The notes beneath the pieces are model-generated. The model searched no databases. It was not told the origin of the DNA and saw only the letters and a program-made list of their open reading frames with translations. Both the position numbers and the translations under genes were made by a program. DNA of 63,995 bases, the filler included, from Vannella sp. (Eukaryota): NCBI GenBank assembly GCA_023345925.1. It is 6 parts of 6 records of this genome, joined end to end, with 100 filler letters (N's around TTAATTAATTAA, not from the genome) between each part and the next. Parts side by side here need not be neighbours in the genome. Positions count along the whole stretch, not along the records: positions 26,957 to 38,947 come from JAJQQN010000971.1; positions 39,048 to 54,280 come from JAJQQN010000321.1; 4 more parts are not named here. One strand, 5' to 3'. Shown one piece after another: positions 34,962-46,900 of the stretch (its first letter is position 1; each line of letters begins with the position of its first letter).

Positions 34962-37370
34962 ATGGACCGCCCTTTGAGATCGGGGGCTTCTTTTAACTCG
35001 GTGTTGCGCGGCACGTGGGGTGATGAGGTGCCTGATGAGGAGGGAGCTTCGTTCATGGTGGGAGAAGCGGCGTACACGTATCGTGATCAAACCGAGGAAG
35101 CCAATCAGCAAGCCTTTGACACACTCCGCGCTTCTCTTCGCAGTCTTGACACAGAGATCTCTTTAGATCAACCTGCTATACCAAGTCATATATCCTACCA
35201 ACGCATCAGGATCGACGCCCCTTCTGGTAAGCCCTTTTCCCCTTCCCTTGACAGCCTTATTGAATGGGGACCATCACAGACCCTCTTCCTGAGGTAGTAG
35301 AGGTCTGTAAACTGATCTCATATGCAACACGCTTGCGAGAAACGTACCTGTACGTGCCAAACAATGAGGTGGGTCTCTCAACTCTTCATTTCGGCTGTAT
35401 CTTGCTGAACTACGGGTTCCTGTAGTACCATGCATTCAGCTTTCTCAATGTCAATGAGGTAGAGGAGATCCCTGGGGCTTGCGATCGCATCATTAAGGAA
35501 AGAGACGGCATCTGGCATGTTTACAACTCCCAAGAAGGTCTCTCCTCTCTTCCCCTCCCTTTCTGAGAGCTGACATCTTCTCAGAGCTCGATCAAAACGT
35601 ACAGGCTACGAAGATCATCCCCTTTGCCACCTTCGCCAAGGATCTTTATCAACTCACCCGGATCATCTCTTATGGACCAGCTAAAACCTTGGCCTACGGC
35701 CGCCTCGAGCTGCTACAGTCTCAGTTCCATGTCCACAAGTCTCTAAATGAACAGAAGGAGGCCAATGTCCAGAAGACAGTGCCACATCGAGACTTCTACA
35801 ACGTCCGGAAGGTTGATGGGCACGTCCACCACTCTTCCTCGATGAATCAGAAGCATCTGCTCAACTTCATCAAGCAAAAGCTAAGGGACTGTGGCGATGA
35901 AGTGGTCATCTACCGTGATGGCAACCAATTGACACTCAGTCAAGTCTTTGAGAGTCTCAATCTCTCTCTTTATGACCTCAGTGTGGACACTTTGGACGTG
36001 CATGCACACAACGACACCTTCCACCGCTTTGACAAGTTCAATCTCAAGTACAATCCCTGTGGGCAGAGCCGCCTTCGCGAGATCTTCTTGAAGACGGATA
36101 ACTTGATCCAAGGGCGCTACCTGGCAGAGCTCACAAAGGAGCTTTGCAGAGACCTAGAGGCTTCTAAATACCAGTGCGCAGAGTGGAGGATCTCTATCTA
36201 CGGTCGCAATCCGAATGAATGGGACAAATTGTCTCACTGGGTGATGGACAATCAAATTTACTCGGATAACGTCCGCTGGTTGGTTCAGATACCTCGCTTG
36301 TTCTCTGTGTATATCGAGAACAAGACGCCAGACATGAAGTGCTATTTGGACTTTCTCCGAAGTATGTCAATTCTGGACCTTTTGGAAGACCAAGTGACTT
36401 ACGCATCTGGTCAGATGTCTTTGAGCCACTCTTTGAGGTCACAAGGAATCCGCAATCTAACCCCACTCTTCACCAGTTCTTGAAACAGGTGGCTGGATTT
36501 GACACAGTGGACGATGAAAGCAAGCCTGAGCGAGCTATCTCGAAAGGGTAAGCGTTCTTGACTGGATTGATGTTTATTCTAACGATGGTAAAGCATCCCG
36601 TTGCCTGGGAACTGGGTATCGGACAAGAACCCTCCTTACAACTACTATTTGTACTACATGTATGCAAATATTACCTCTCTCAACCGCTTCCGAGAGGCTA
36701 AGGGGATGAGTGAGTGACTTCTATGACATTCGTACTCTACCACACTAATGGAAGTCACTCAGATACCTTCTCCTTCCGACCCCATTGCGGGGAAGCTGGA
36801 GATGCCAGTCATTTGGCAGGCTCTTTCCTTTTAGCAAACTCGATTAACCACGGTATCAACTTGCGGAAGGCCCCAGTTCTTCAGTATCTTTACTATCTTA
36901 CTCAGATTGGATTGGCCATGTCCCCTCTCAGCAATAACGCACTTTTCTTGCATTACTCGCGCAACCCGTTCCCAGACTTCTTCGCGCGTGGACTGAACGT
37001 GGCCCTATCCTCTGACGACCCTCTGCAGTTCCACTATTCGAAGGAGGCTCTCATTGAAGAGTACAGTGTCGCCAAGGCAGTTTGGAGACTAACTTCCTGT
37101 GACCTCTCAGAGATTGCTCGAAACAGTGTCACTCAGTCTGGCTTTGAGCATCACACCAAAGAAAGCTGGTTGGGAGAGAGCTACTGGCTTCCAGGTGTTG
37201 CTGGAAACGACATCCGGAAGACAAACATTCCAGACATTCGCATGTCCTTCCGTGAAGAAGCCTTGATCGCTGAGTGGACTTATATCTTGGAAACTGCCAA
37301 GGAGAGGAATCTCTCTGCAAGCTCAGACAGACCAATGACTCCCACCTTTGCCAATCTATCGCGCTGGTAA
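34962..37370 (+). CDS. AMPD: AMP deaminase, multi-exon
   Basis: [55 protein letters not shown]. Confidence 0.96.
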
Positions 37371-37403
37371 TCGGCTCCGCAATTTTTACTGTACAAGGGC
37401 ATT

Positions 37404-38570
37404 CTAGATGATGACAGGGTAATAGGCGAATGTGTACGCAAAGAATACAACTAAGACAACAAACAACATTCCCACACACCATCCAGAAGAGATCTTGATG
37501 CTCCTTTGCACCGGTCGGCCTTCCTGTGGGATGGGTAAGTCGGAAAATAGACTCCCACAGGGGACCTACAGCATCTAGATCATCGTCTGAGTGCATGTGA
37601 GGGGTATCTATCTTAAATGCAGGGAGATATTGAGGTTCTCCTGGGCCCTGTTGAGCCTCCTCGTCGGTTGGGGCTTCCTCTTCGGTTCCTCCGCTGAGAA
37701 GTTGGACTAATTTCCCTGTTCCGCTGACCACTGTACTCAGTTTCCACATTGAACGTAACCTTAGATCCTGTTCTGTGACGCCAGGGGAAGATGGGGAAGG
37801 TAGAGTGCCTGGGCTGGTCACATCCACTTCAGAATCCGAACGAATCGAGTTGCCTGTGCTTGTGGTATCGATAGGAGGAAGATTGGGACACTGGAGTGCA
37901 TCTATGACTTGGTGTGCTTTGCTGTACCAACCTCTCATCGACTCTGAGACCTGAACTAGCTTAGGAATCAGCTTGTTGAGTTGTGGAATCACTTACCTTC
38001 GCATGGAGGTAGCTTTCAGCGATGTTTTGAAGGCCCCATACTCTTTTTGTACACTCAACTTGTGCTTCAAGCCACACCTTACACTCTGAGGAGCCTTGAG
38101 GGGAGACCATCCAGTTGGCCGAGATCTTGAATACGTTGCCCATCGAGTTTTCAGGCGTTATGGAGTTGTAGACTTGGAGAACCGAATGCACCTCTCCTTT
38201 AGAGCCCTTCTGCCACTCGAACCTCTCCGTTTCGAGGCAACGAGAGACCTCGGCGACTATCTGACATGAACAAAGCCCTCGATAGCCATGTCAGAGACCC
38301 ACCTGTCGATTCTGTTGCCTCCTTATCAACCATAGAGTAGAAACATATCCTTTGGTAAGAGTTAGAAGGCGGCCCTTGCTCAATCCACTCCGAAACGTCG
38401 ACATCTACCCTCCATCAGCTCCCCACGTCCCACCAGCGTACCTCCCACTCACTCTGGTCGCCCCTATCTGAGTGGAACTGCTTCTTAAAGTCTGGGAGCG
38501 AGTAAATGATGCGAAAGTACTCTTCTACACCCACGGGGAAGACTTCCTCGACCTCGAAGGTCCTCACCAT
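37404..38570 (-). CDS. VASt/StART-like lipid-transfer protein with C-terminal tail anchor, multi-exon
   Basis: MVRTFEVEEVFPVGVEEYFRIIYS..FHSDRGD..VSEW; VFKISANWMV..CKVWLEAQVECTKRVWGLQNIAESYL; spliced end GWCVGMLFVVLVVFFAYTFAYYPVII*. Confidence 0.68.
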
Positions 38571-38834
38571 CCCCGGCTCCCCTCAAATGAGGTCAAAGGA
38601 GACCTCATTCGACCTCAGATGAGCTCCTGGAGCCCACACGAAGCGGTCAAGTGAAGTCGGTGGTCGGCCGGGATCATTCTTTGGGCTCTGGGGGATGGAC
38701 GACACGCGGGAAGGCTCAGCGTTGCTACTCCAGTGCTGGTTCCGACAGAGGAAGACACGGAAGACACTGTTAAGACGACGTAGGGCAGAGCGAGGGGCTG
38801 AGAAAGTGAGAGGCTGATGTTGGATGTAGGGAAG

Positions 38835-38947
38835 ATGACTGCTAAGAGGAGGAACGTGGCCCAGGAGCTTCTGACGACAGAGAAGGAATACGTATCTAAT
38901 CTACAAACTCTCCTGGAGGTACGGAACCCTCTGATCTCCCCAGCAGC
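38835..38947 (+). CDS. RhoGEF (DH domain) 5' end, truncated at contig end
   Basis: KRRNVAQELLTTEKEYVSNLQTL is the canonical DH helix 1. Confidence 0.8.
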
Positions 38948-39047
38948 NNNNNNNNNNNNNNNNNNNNNNNNNNNNNNNNNNNNNNNNNNNNTTAATTAAT
39001 TAANNNNNNNNNNNNNNNNNNNNNNNNNNNNNNNNNNNNNNNNNNNN
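38948..39047. other. Artificial contig linker
   Basis: N44-TTAATTAATTAA-N44. Confidence 0.98.
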
Positions 39048-39310
39048 GATCCTCATCCTTCGTCCTTCAGGCAAAGCTTCGCCTCAGTCTTTCAGGTGAA
39101 AAGCTTGTCCGTCATTTCCCATTCCACTTGAGATAGGCCCATTTAGGAAAAAGAGATTGGCCCAAAGACCAAAAAAGTGTTTGACAGTAGTTCTCGAGGA
39201 GCACACGGAACCCATTGAAGACCCAAACCCATAAAATTTGCATTCTTTCCAAGACAAGAGCAATAGAAAAGTATCATCCGGGTCAATTGATGTCGGAGCT
39301 TTTATGAGCA

Positions 39311-39394
39311 TTTCCCCTCTCCATTTTACACTTCCCCTCTCCATTTTACACTTCCCCTCTCCTTTCACACTTCCCCTTTCATTTTGCGCTTCCC
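39311..39394 (+). repeat. ~20-bp pyrimidine-rich minisatellite (~4 copies, decaying)
   Basis: cttcccctctccattttaca in tandem just upstream of the RNB gene. Confidence 0.85.
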
Positions 39395-39450
39395 GTCTGC
39401 TCGGCGTTGCTTCACCTTTGTCGTTCGTATTCTGAGAGCGAGCAATCACT

Positions 39451-41985
39451 ATGTATTCTCTTGCTCGTGATGTAGCTCCCAGGGTTACGCCGGTGCAGAG
39501 TGAAAAGCGTTCTCCCTCTTTGCGCTCTCTCGGGGTTGTGAATTCGATTACTTCGTCTCCTGGGGCCGCTCCTCCCTTTGCTTTGCCTCTCATCCCTTGT
39601 GAGGCTATTTCTAGTGGCCCCCGATACGAGGATCACCTTTCAAGCAGCGCCCTTCGAGAGAAAGCTTCGAATGGGAGGTACCGAACGGGCACTGTTCATG
39701 TGATCGACTATCCGTCCACAATGGGCGTCCTTTTAGACGACTCTGATGAAGCTGTACTCTTGGCTACTATGCTGGATGCCAACCGGGCCGTCCATCGCTC
39801 TATTGTTGTTTGTGAGATCTTGGAAAGTTCGGAGACCCTGCTCTATCCACCTGGAAAGCGTTATGGAAGGGTGGTTCATATTCTCATGTCCCGAATCCCT
39901 TTGCTTGTGGGGTACTGTCATCCGACAATCAATCGATTCCAATGTTTAGACAAACGCTATCCTCCTCTCCGAGCAGATGGGGACATCCTCACTCACTGCA
40001 AGGACGCGCGTAATGCTCCAGCATTTTACAAAGTCCAAATCAACCAGCCCTGGAATGCCAGCAAGTTCTACCCCGGTTGCCTGCTAAAGGAAGTATTAGA
40101 GCCGTGTGACCAAGAGAGCTATCAGCATCATCTGTCCTTCATCTCAATCGAAACGGAAAAGGACAAATTGCTGCTTCAGAGATCTCTCATCGAAGATGCA
40201 TCTTCTGAATCAATTGCCACCCTCCGAATCAAGAATCACCCAAGTAGGATGTTCGCTGTCTTTCCAGATGGCCGGAGTATCCGAGTCCTTCCAGAATCAG
40301 CTGGCCGGTCTTTAGATGGTGATAAGGTCGCTGTGGAACTGATACAAGGGTCAGCGTCAGGAGAGATTTCCGCGCGCATAATTAGCGTCGTTGAAAAAGC
40401 CCCTCTGCCTCTCAGATTAACGGGTACTATCAGCAATAACTTCTTCAATCCGCACAATAAGAGCTATCCGAGCCTCGTGTTCTCTTCATCCCTGAAAATG
40501 AGTTTCCCAAAGGACCATTTCTATTTGGCCACAATGCAGGAATGGACTAGCAAGTTCCCTAAATGCGCAACGTTAGTCTCTCTTGGCCCAATGACTGACC
40601 CTGAAGCTCAAAAAGTAACTCTGCAGATGCACTTCAATACGGAAGAGTTTGACGACCACCAAAAAATTCTTGAAGACGATTGGACTATCCCCGAAGAGGA
40701 ACTGAGATGTAGAACCGATTTGCGTAACAAGCTTTCCTTCACTATTGATAACGAAGGATCTCGGGATCTTGATGATGCGCTCTCTTGTGAGAGACTCCCC
40801 AATGGAAACTTTGAGGTTTGGGTACACATCTCTGACGCTTCCTATTTTGTTGTGGCAGGATCTGAATTGGACCTTCTCGCTCGCTACCGGGGATCTTCCA
40901 TATACTTGGAGAAAGGAAACGACCTTCCCATGCTTCCGTTTAATCTCTCTGAAAGGCTTTGCAGTCTCCTGGCCGATGAAGATCGCTTGGCTATCTCCGT
41001 CCGGTGGGAATTGAATCCGAATGGGAAGCAAATTTCTGTCCAAGTGGTTCGCTCTGTGATTCGGTCTCGACTTCAACTCTCATACGACATTGCAGAACAA
41101 ATCCTTTCCGAGCCAGCTGTCGTCAGTGAGCCACTGAGTCTTGCATTGCACAATCTCCTTCTCATCATCCCTGCTTTGCGTGACAGAAGAGAGGCGAAAA
41201 TGGATCAGAAGACCTTGGGCTCTTCGACTGAGAGAGTCGAGGAACATCCGATGACGAAGATGCTGGTTTCCGAAATGATGGTCCAAGCAAACAAGGCTGT
41301 TGCAAAGTGGATGATTTCTCGTTGTAAGGAGGGAATTCTCCTTCAAGGATTCGCCCTCAAGCCCGCGGTTGGTGATACTATCGAAGAAGATGGCGAGCAA
41401 GCATACCAGTTCTCTAAGAGAGGAGGTCCTTTGGTAACTCAGGCAGGTCACTCAGTCAAAGAGTATCGACATCCTCGATTGGGGGTCTCCTGCTATTCAC
41501 GATTTACCTCTCCGATTCGGCGGTACACGGATTTACTGACTCACAGAATAGTAGTTGCACTCCTCTCGAACGAAAGCCTCCCGTACAGTCCAGAGGAGTT
41601 GAGAGAGATTCTTTCAGAAATACCCTTCAAGAGATGTACCTTAATGCAAGAAGTGGCTGATTTAATGAGGGCATACAGGAAGGCTGAATCATTCCCAGAA
41701 CGTCAAGCAGCCACTGTTGTCTCTCTAACGAATATTGGCATTCTCCTTCAACTCCCTAATCATGAGAAGCCTCACTTTATCAAGTACAAGCAAGCTAATG
41801 GCCTCAATTTCACTCCACAAAAAGACATGTCTTCCCTTCTCCTATCGTGGACTTCCGAGTTCGGTCATGTTTGCAGGACCAAGCTCCAGGCTGGCTCTTC
41901 TGTGGATGTCGAATTTGTCCCTTTTCTTTATGCTTACTGTGGTTGGCCAAGTACCCAACCCCGATTGTGCCCAAACGAGGAATAA
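39451..41985 (+). CDS. RNase II/RNB-family 3'-5' exoribonuclease (Dis3L2/HELZ2-like), intronless
   Basis: TIDNEGSRDLDDALS catalytic loop, VHISD, RGSSIYL, CSLL..DRLAISV, YSRFTSPIRRYTDLLTHR. Confidence 0.9.
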   Translation: MYSLARDVAPRVTPVQSEKRSPSLRSLGVVNSITSSPGAAPPFALPLIPCEAISSGPRYEDHLSSSALREKASNGRYRTGTVHVIDYPSTMGVLLDDSDEAVLLATMLDANRAVHRSIVVCEILESSETLLYPPGKRYGRVVHILMSRIPLLVGYCHPTINRFQCLDKRYPPLRADGDILTHCKDARNAPAFYKVQINQPWNASKFYPGCLLKEVLEPCDQESYQHHLSFISIETEKDKLLLQRSLIEDASSESIATLRIKNHPSRMFAVFPDGRSIRVLPESAGRSLDGDKVAVELIQGSASGEISARIISVVEKAPLPLRLTGTISNNFFNPHNKSYPSLVFSSSLKMSFPKDHFYLATMQEWTSKFPKCATLVSLGPMTDPEAQKVTLQMHFNTEEFDDHQKILEDDWTIPEEELRCRTDLRNKLSFTIDNEGSRDLDDALSCERLPNGNFEVWVHISDASYFVVAGSELDLLARYRGSSIYLEKGNDLPMLPFNLSERLCSLLADEDRLAISVRWELNPNGKQISVQVVRSVIRSRLQLSYDIAEQILSEPAVVSEPLSLALHNLLLIIPALRDRREAKMDQKTLGSSTERVEEHPMTKMLVSEMMVQANKAVAKWMISRCKEGILLQGFALKPAVGDTIEEDGEQAYQFSKRGGPLVTQAGHSVKEYRHPRLGVSCYSRFTSPIRRYTDLLTHRIVVALLSNESLPYSPEELREILSEIPFKRCTLMQEVADLMRAYRKAESFPERQAATVVSLTNIGILLQLPNHEKPHFIKYKQANGLNFTPQKDMSSLLLSWTSEFGHVCRTKLQAGSSVDVEFVPFLYAYCGWPSTQPRLCPNEE

Positions 41986-42176
41986 ATCAGCTTTAACGCA
42001 CTTTCGATGACCTCCATGTTAGATATCCACAAGGTATCGAGTAAGAGACGCGTGAAAGCTCTCTTTAATGCCTTTCTCGACACCCCCAAGCGGGTGTGGC
42101 AGCACAGAGAGTCTTGATATCGGCTTATTCATTGTTCGAGGTCAATATGGAGGAGAGTTACATGGTAGTCCGTTCC

Positions 42177-43468
42177 CTAGCCTCTAAAGCGAACAATTCG
42201 GGATAAGGAAGTGGTGGAGGACCTCCAAATGGCTCGGATGGAGCCTGATTGTCTCTCGTGCCTTGTTTGGGCTTTTCGAGAGCATCCAAGCTCTAACTGG
42301 ACAAAGAAGAAGAAGATAAATCCGTCTCCCTCCTCCAATTCGAAGGGGGAAAGGCGAACCCTTCCCCACCTCCCTTCTTTGCCAAAGGCGCTATCAGATC
42401 GATCATTTAGCGAGTGTCTTCCACACCAATGGAAAGCTTTGAAACATTCTGCTTTTCCCTTGCTTTGGCCATTCTCTTTTCCTTCCTTCCTGGGTCCGGT
42501 CTCGCCGCAAGGTTGGTTGTGGGAAGCAACTTGGCCGTCTTCTTTGCTGCTTTGAGGCGTAATGTTATGTCCGCTTGGTAGTGGCAGTCTCTCCTTCACG
42601 TGCGCTTCATTTCTCTCCAGCCGCCCCGCAGATGTGGTCTTTCTGGTGTTGCTGTTCGAGTGTGAGCCATGGAGGCATCCTCAAGAAGATGAATCATCCT
42701 TCGTACTTTGACCTTCGTCCTCTGGGGTGAATCTCAATGCAGAATAGTCCTCCACGAGCGTCTTCTGAGCCAAACAACATCTCCAAAGAAGCCTTCCTCC
42801 TTCCTCCTTCCTCGTCCGAACTAGTATGATAAGGATGACTTCACATTTTGGCTCCATTATCAAAGCTGCACAGCCACCACCAACAAGCAACCAGCAAGCC
42901 AAACAGCAAACCAAGGGCGACCGCCTCCCTCAGAGCCGCCAAGAGCGTGGGAAAGCGAAGCGGATTTCGACGAATCACAGTGCAAGGCTCTTTGGCCCTT
43001 GAATAATTGAAAATCCCGATTAGGACGCCTTTCAATTGCTGGCAGCAGCCAAAGAACCTCCGCTTGCTCATCAGAGCGGATCATCCTTAAAGTAGGAAGA
43101 GATGATCTTCTCATTGAGCGAACCTGAAGCCTCTGACAAGCTGGAAGGAGTAGTGGTTTGGTCCACCTTCTAATGTAGATCTCAGAGGATTCTTGCCTTT
43201 CGGATAAGTTGTGTTCTTTCTCTCGCTTCAAACCAAGCTCACGATGAAGTGGTGAAGGGCACACCAAACAGCTCCTCATGCTTCAAGACTTCTCTTACTG
43301 CAAGAGCATCACGCTGGTCAGTTGGTGAGTATCAGCAGAACTGAAGCTAACCGTTGTCGTTCAAGAGAGCCTGAGGAAGAAAGGCACCACTGTTCGCTCC
43401 TTGGACTGGTTTCCCCTTGTTTGTAGACGTTTCGTCAGGGCGCAAGGTGCTTTCCACTCTCTTCATCA
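42177..43468 (-). CDS. Probable multi-exon hypothetical low-complexity protein
   Basis: Series of minus-strand charged ORF segments; no family recognised and the model is unresolved. Confidence 0.3.
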
Positions 43469-43975
43469 TCCAACTTCTTTGTGAGGATTAATAAGGGCTC
43501 CTCCTCCCTGAGGAAGGGGGATACGTACAAAAACACCTCTCTTCTCAGGCAGAGAAGGGGTGAAAAGCCTCATTTGCAGTTGAAACAGAACCAGGTGTTG
43601 AAGATACGGAATGAAGTCACTCAGAGGGCTATCAACACGTACCTCCCATATCCCTCACAGAGCGTCTTGGTGGACTGCGCCACCATGCTCGCAACAAACT
43701 GCCTTTTATTGCAGTTTGAATACCTCAAAAGAACTCTCTTTCTTGAAGTGAAAGTTGATTTGTCTTTGGGCTTCTGGCAAGCAGTCAGCACTTCCCAGAC
43801 AATCGATTACAGGATTATTCTGATAACTGTTCCCAGTTGGATCACGGTCCATCGGTCTGCCTCGCCTGAACAGGGTAAACCTTCTGTTAAAGAAAGTGCC
43901 AGGAGCCGATTCTTTTTTGCAGCCAATCGACGGGGCCTGACAGCAGGCGACTTTTTTACTTTGTTTCTCTCTGCC

Positions 43976-46900
43976 ATGGGCAACACCTCCTCTAAGACTG
44001 CCACGACCAACCTCTCGTCCAAGGACTTGGCCCTCCTTCGTGAGAAAATCATCAAGGAGTATCCTTGGCTTCAAGACGTGGAGGAGAGTATGCTCATCAC
44101 GGACATGAGGCTTCCTGACTGTCCCATAGTCTTTGCGAACAACGACTTCCATGAGATGACTCAGTACTCTCATGAAGAAGTGATTGGCTTCAACTGTCGC
44201 TTTCTTCAAGGCAAACATACGAACCCGCGGACCGTGGACAAGATTCGCGAGGCTGTGAAGACTGGCAAAGAGATTGAGGTTGACATCCTCAACTACCGCA
44301 AGGATGGCACTCCTTTCTTGAACAACTTCCTCATGGTTCCTCTCCACGCCAAGAAGAACCGCCCAGCCCTGGTCACCCACTTCCTCGCCGTGCAAAAGGA
44401 CGTCACCTACCTCCTCGAAGACGACGATCCTTCTGGATGGCACTCAGCCCAGATCGCCTTGTGGTTGGAGCGTGCTGGATATGGCGAGTACGCCGGTCCT
44501 TTCATCGAACATGAAGTCTCCGGGGCGCAGTTCCTTGAAATGAACGCATCTCGCCTCAGAAAGATCGGTATTGTGGACCGCACCGTGCAAATTCGACTGG
44601 TCAGGCTTATCCAACAGCTGGCCTCACAAGGCCCCTCGTTTATCCCAACTCTTGGCCGCTCAAAGGTTGAATCTGGCCCTGACCCGAAGAGTGACAGCCT
44701 TTGGGACGAGCATTCCAACAAAGGAGACACTTTTCCACGCGCTATTGACACTCAATCCTCCAGTGACTTGGCCAGCGCCAACTCAAATGGAGTCTACATG
44801 GCTGTCAATCTTCACCAGCCCCGTCAAGCGGCCTATTGGCGCCGAAAAAAGCTTCTGGATGACGACTTTCAAGTCCTCGAAGGAGATGGCAAAGAAGTGG
44901 ACGCCATTCCACTTGACATCCTCCTCCGGTTTGTCCTCTTTCATGTGGAGAGACAAGAAGAGATTGGAACACCCCAAGAGATGCAAATCAGCTGCCACTC
45001 TCTTCTGTACCACGTCAAACGAGCCATCCGTGGCATCCTCCTCTTGGAAAGCTCCATCTTCCTTCTCATGAACGTTGACGGCACGTGGCAGCGAATCACC
45101 AGCCAGCAGAACTTCAGGAAGTATTTGGCCCAAGGTAAGAACGCTCCCTACCGAAACCATTCCTAACCCAGCTTTAGTCACTTCCAGTACGAAGGAAGTG
45201 GACGTGCGCGTGTGTGAGCAACAAATCGCTTTGGAAATGCCTTTAGAAGGTGGAAATAATGCGGAGGGATTCTCGGAGCATGCTGTGGATGAGCTCAGCG
45301 AGATGAACGTTGCGTTCTCCTTTGTCATCCCGCGAGACACTTTCAGCAGCCGTGCCTTGTTGTTTGACTCTGTGATTGGCCGCGGTACTCCCAACAGTTC
45401 TCTGCACTCTACCCCTGATTTGTGGAGAGATCTGGACACTCTCAAAGACCAAAAGGGGCTTTGCTTTGTCATCCCCTGCACCGCTTCAGGCGTTCTGATT
45501 GAAGGCGCCGAATTTGCGTTCCGTGAGAAGTAAGAGTCCTCCTTTCCAAGCGCTATTGTTCTTATCAATCCAATCTTTGCAGATGCGTTGATATCTTGAG
45601 AGAGAGCGCAGAAAACCACTTTGGCGAGATCCCATTGGGCACTGCCATCCTTGCCCAAGTGAACTTAAGCTTCGTCGTTTTACTGGTAATGTCCCACAAC
45701 GATCTTCTCAAGGCGAAAGGAAGTGATGACACTTACTATCACTCCTTCCGGTCTGTTCTTGCCGCTGTCTCCCATCACAATCGCAGAATGGAAGAGAATC
45801 AGCCCAGCGAGATCCCTTCCATCTTTCCCGAGCCAGAGCAAGCCGCAATCATCAACCGCATCCTCTTCCCTGTGTACTTCCCCAATCCAGTGTCTGGCAG
45901 TAGCAAGAGCAAAGCTCCCGAAGCTCTCAAGTTTGGTCACCAAGTCTCCGTTGCCATCTCCTCGTTCATGCACTGGCTCTCAGCTTCCAAGAAAGACAAC
46001 GCACTCGAAACGCATCGCGCGTATCTTTCCACAGCTTTGCGAGACCGACAGCTCCGTCGAGGCATTGCTGCTTATGCTGGAAAGAAGGAAGAGAAGTTCG
46101 CAAACTATCTGGCATCAGGAGACCTGGCCAATCGTGGATTGATGGACCGACAGGAGATCGGCTGGCTTGTGGACGCTTGCGCCTTTGAAGGCGACAAGAC
46201 CTCCCCTTTCACTCACAATCGGCGCCTTCAACGTTTGGGACATGTGGCTTTGGCAGCTTTGCTCTCGAACAAACACTTTCAGACAGGAGAGGTGTTCCAA
46301 GTCCAACTGCGCAATGCCATTGTGAAGAACGCTCACTGCCTGGGTTGGCTGGTGAAAGCAGCATCTGGAGGCGGAGTGTCTTTCTGCCCAGTCGTGTCTT
46401 TGAATGACTTTGGCAAGCTGACTCGCTTTGCGCGAGGCGGCACTTGCACTCTTTACCGTGCCAAATGGAATGAAGAGGTGATTGCCGTGAAACTCTTCAA
46501 CGAGGAAGAGAGATCCACTGACATTCGACATGAAGTGGCTCTGTTGAGCCTCTTGCGCCATCCCAACGTCCTTCCAGTGTATGCGTATGGCACCTCTTTG
46601 TATGAGAACAGCATGCGGATGTTCTGTGTCAGTCCTTATGCAGAGAGAGGGTCGCTTTACAGCGTTCTTCGAGACAAATCGGGCCAGTTTGACCACGAGA
46701 AGAGAATCCACGTTCTCCAACAAGCTGCCGTGGGAGTGGAGCATCTCCATTCCCTGGGCTTAATCCACAGAGACCTCAAGTCGCTGAACATCCTCATCCG
46801 AGAAGACTGGGCGGTTTGGGTCGCTGATATTGGGGCCACACGGATTGAGGCGGACTACATGACTGTCAATGTGGGGACGCCCTTTTGGATGGCCCCTGAG

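Noticed and set aside
43481..43975. 165-codon in-frame extension upstream of the LOV kinase
   Set aside because: Begins at a non-ATG codon and lacks domain features; MGNTSS at 43976 is a much better eukaryotic start.
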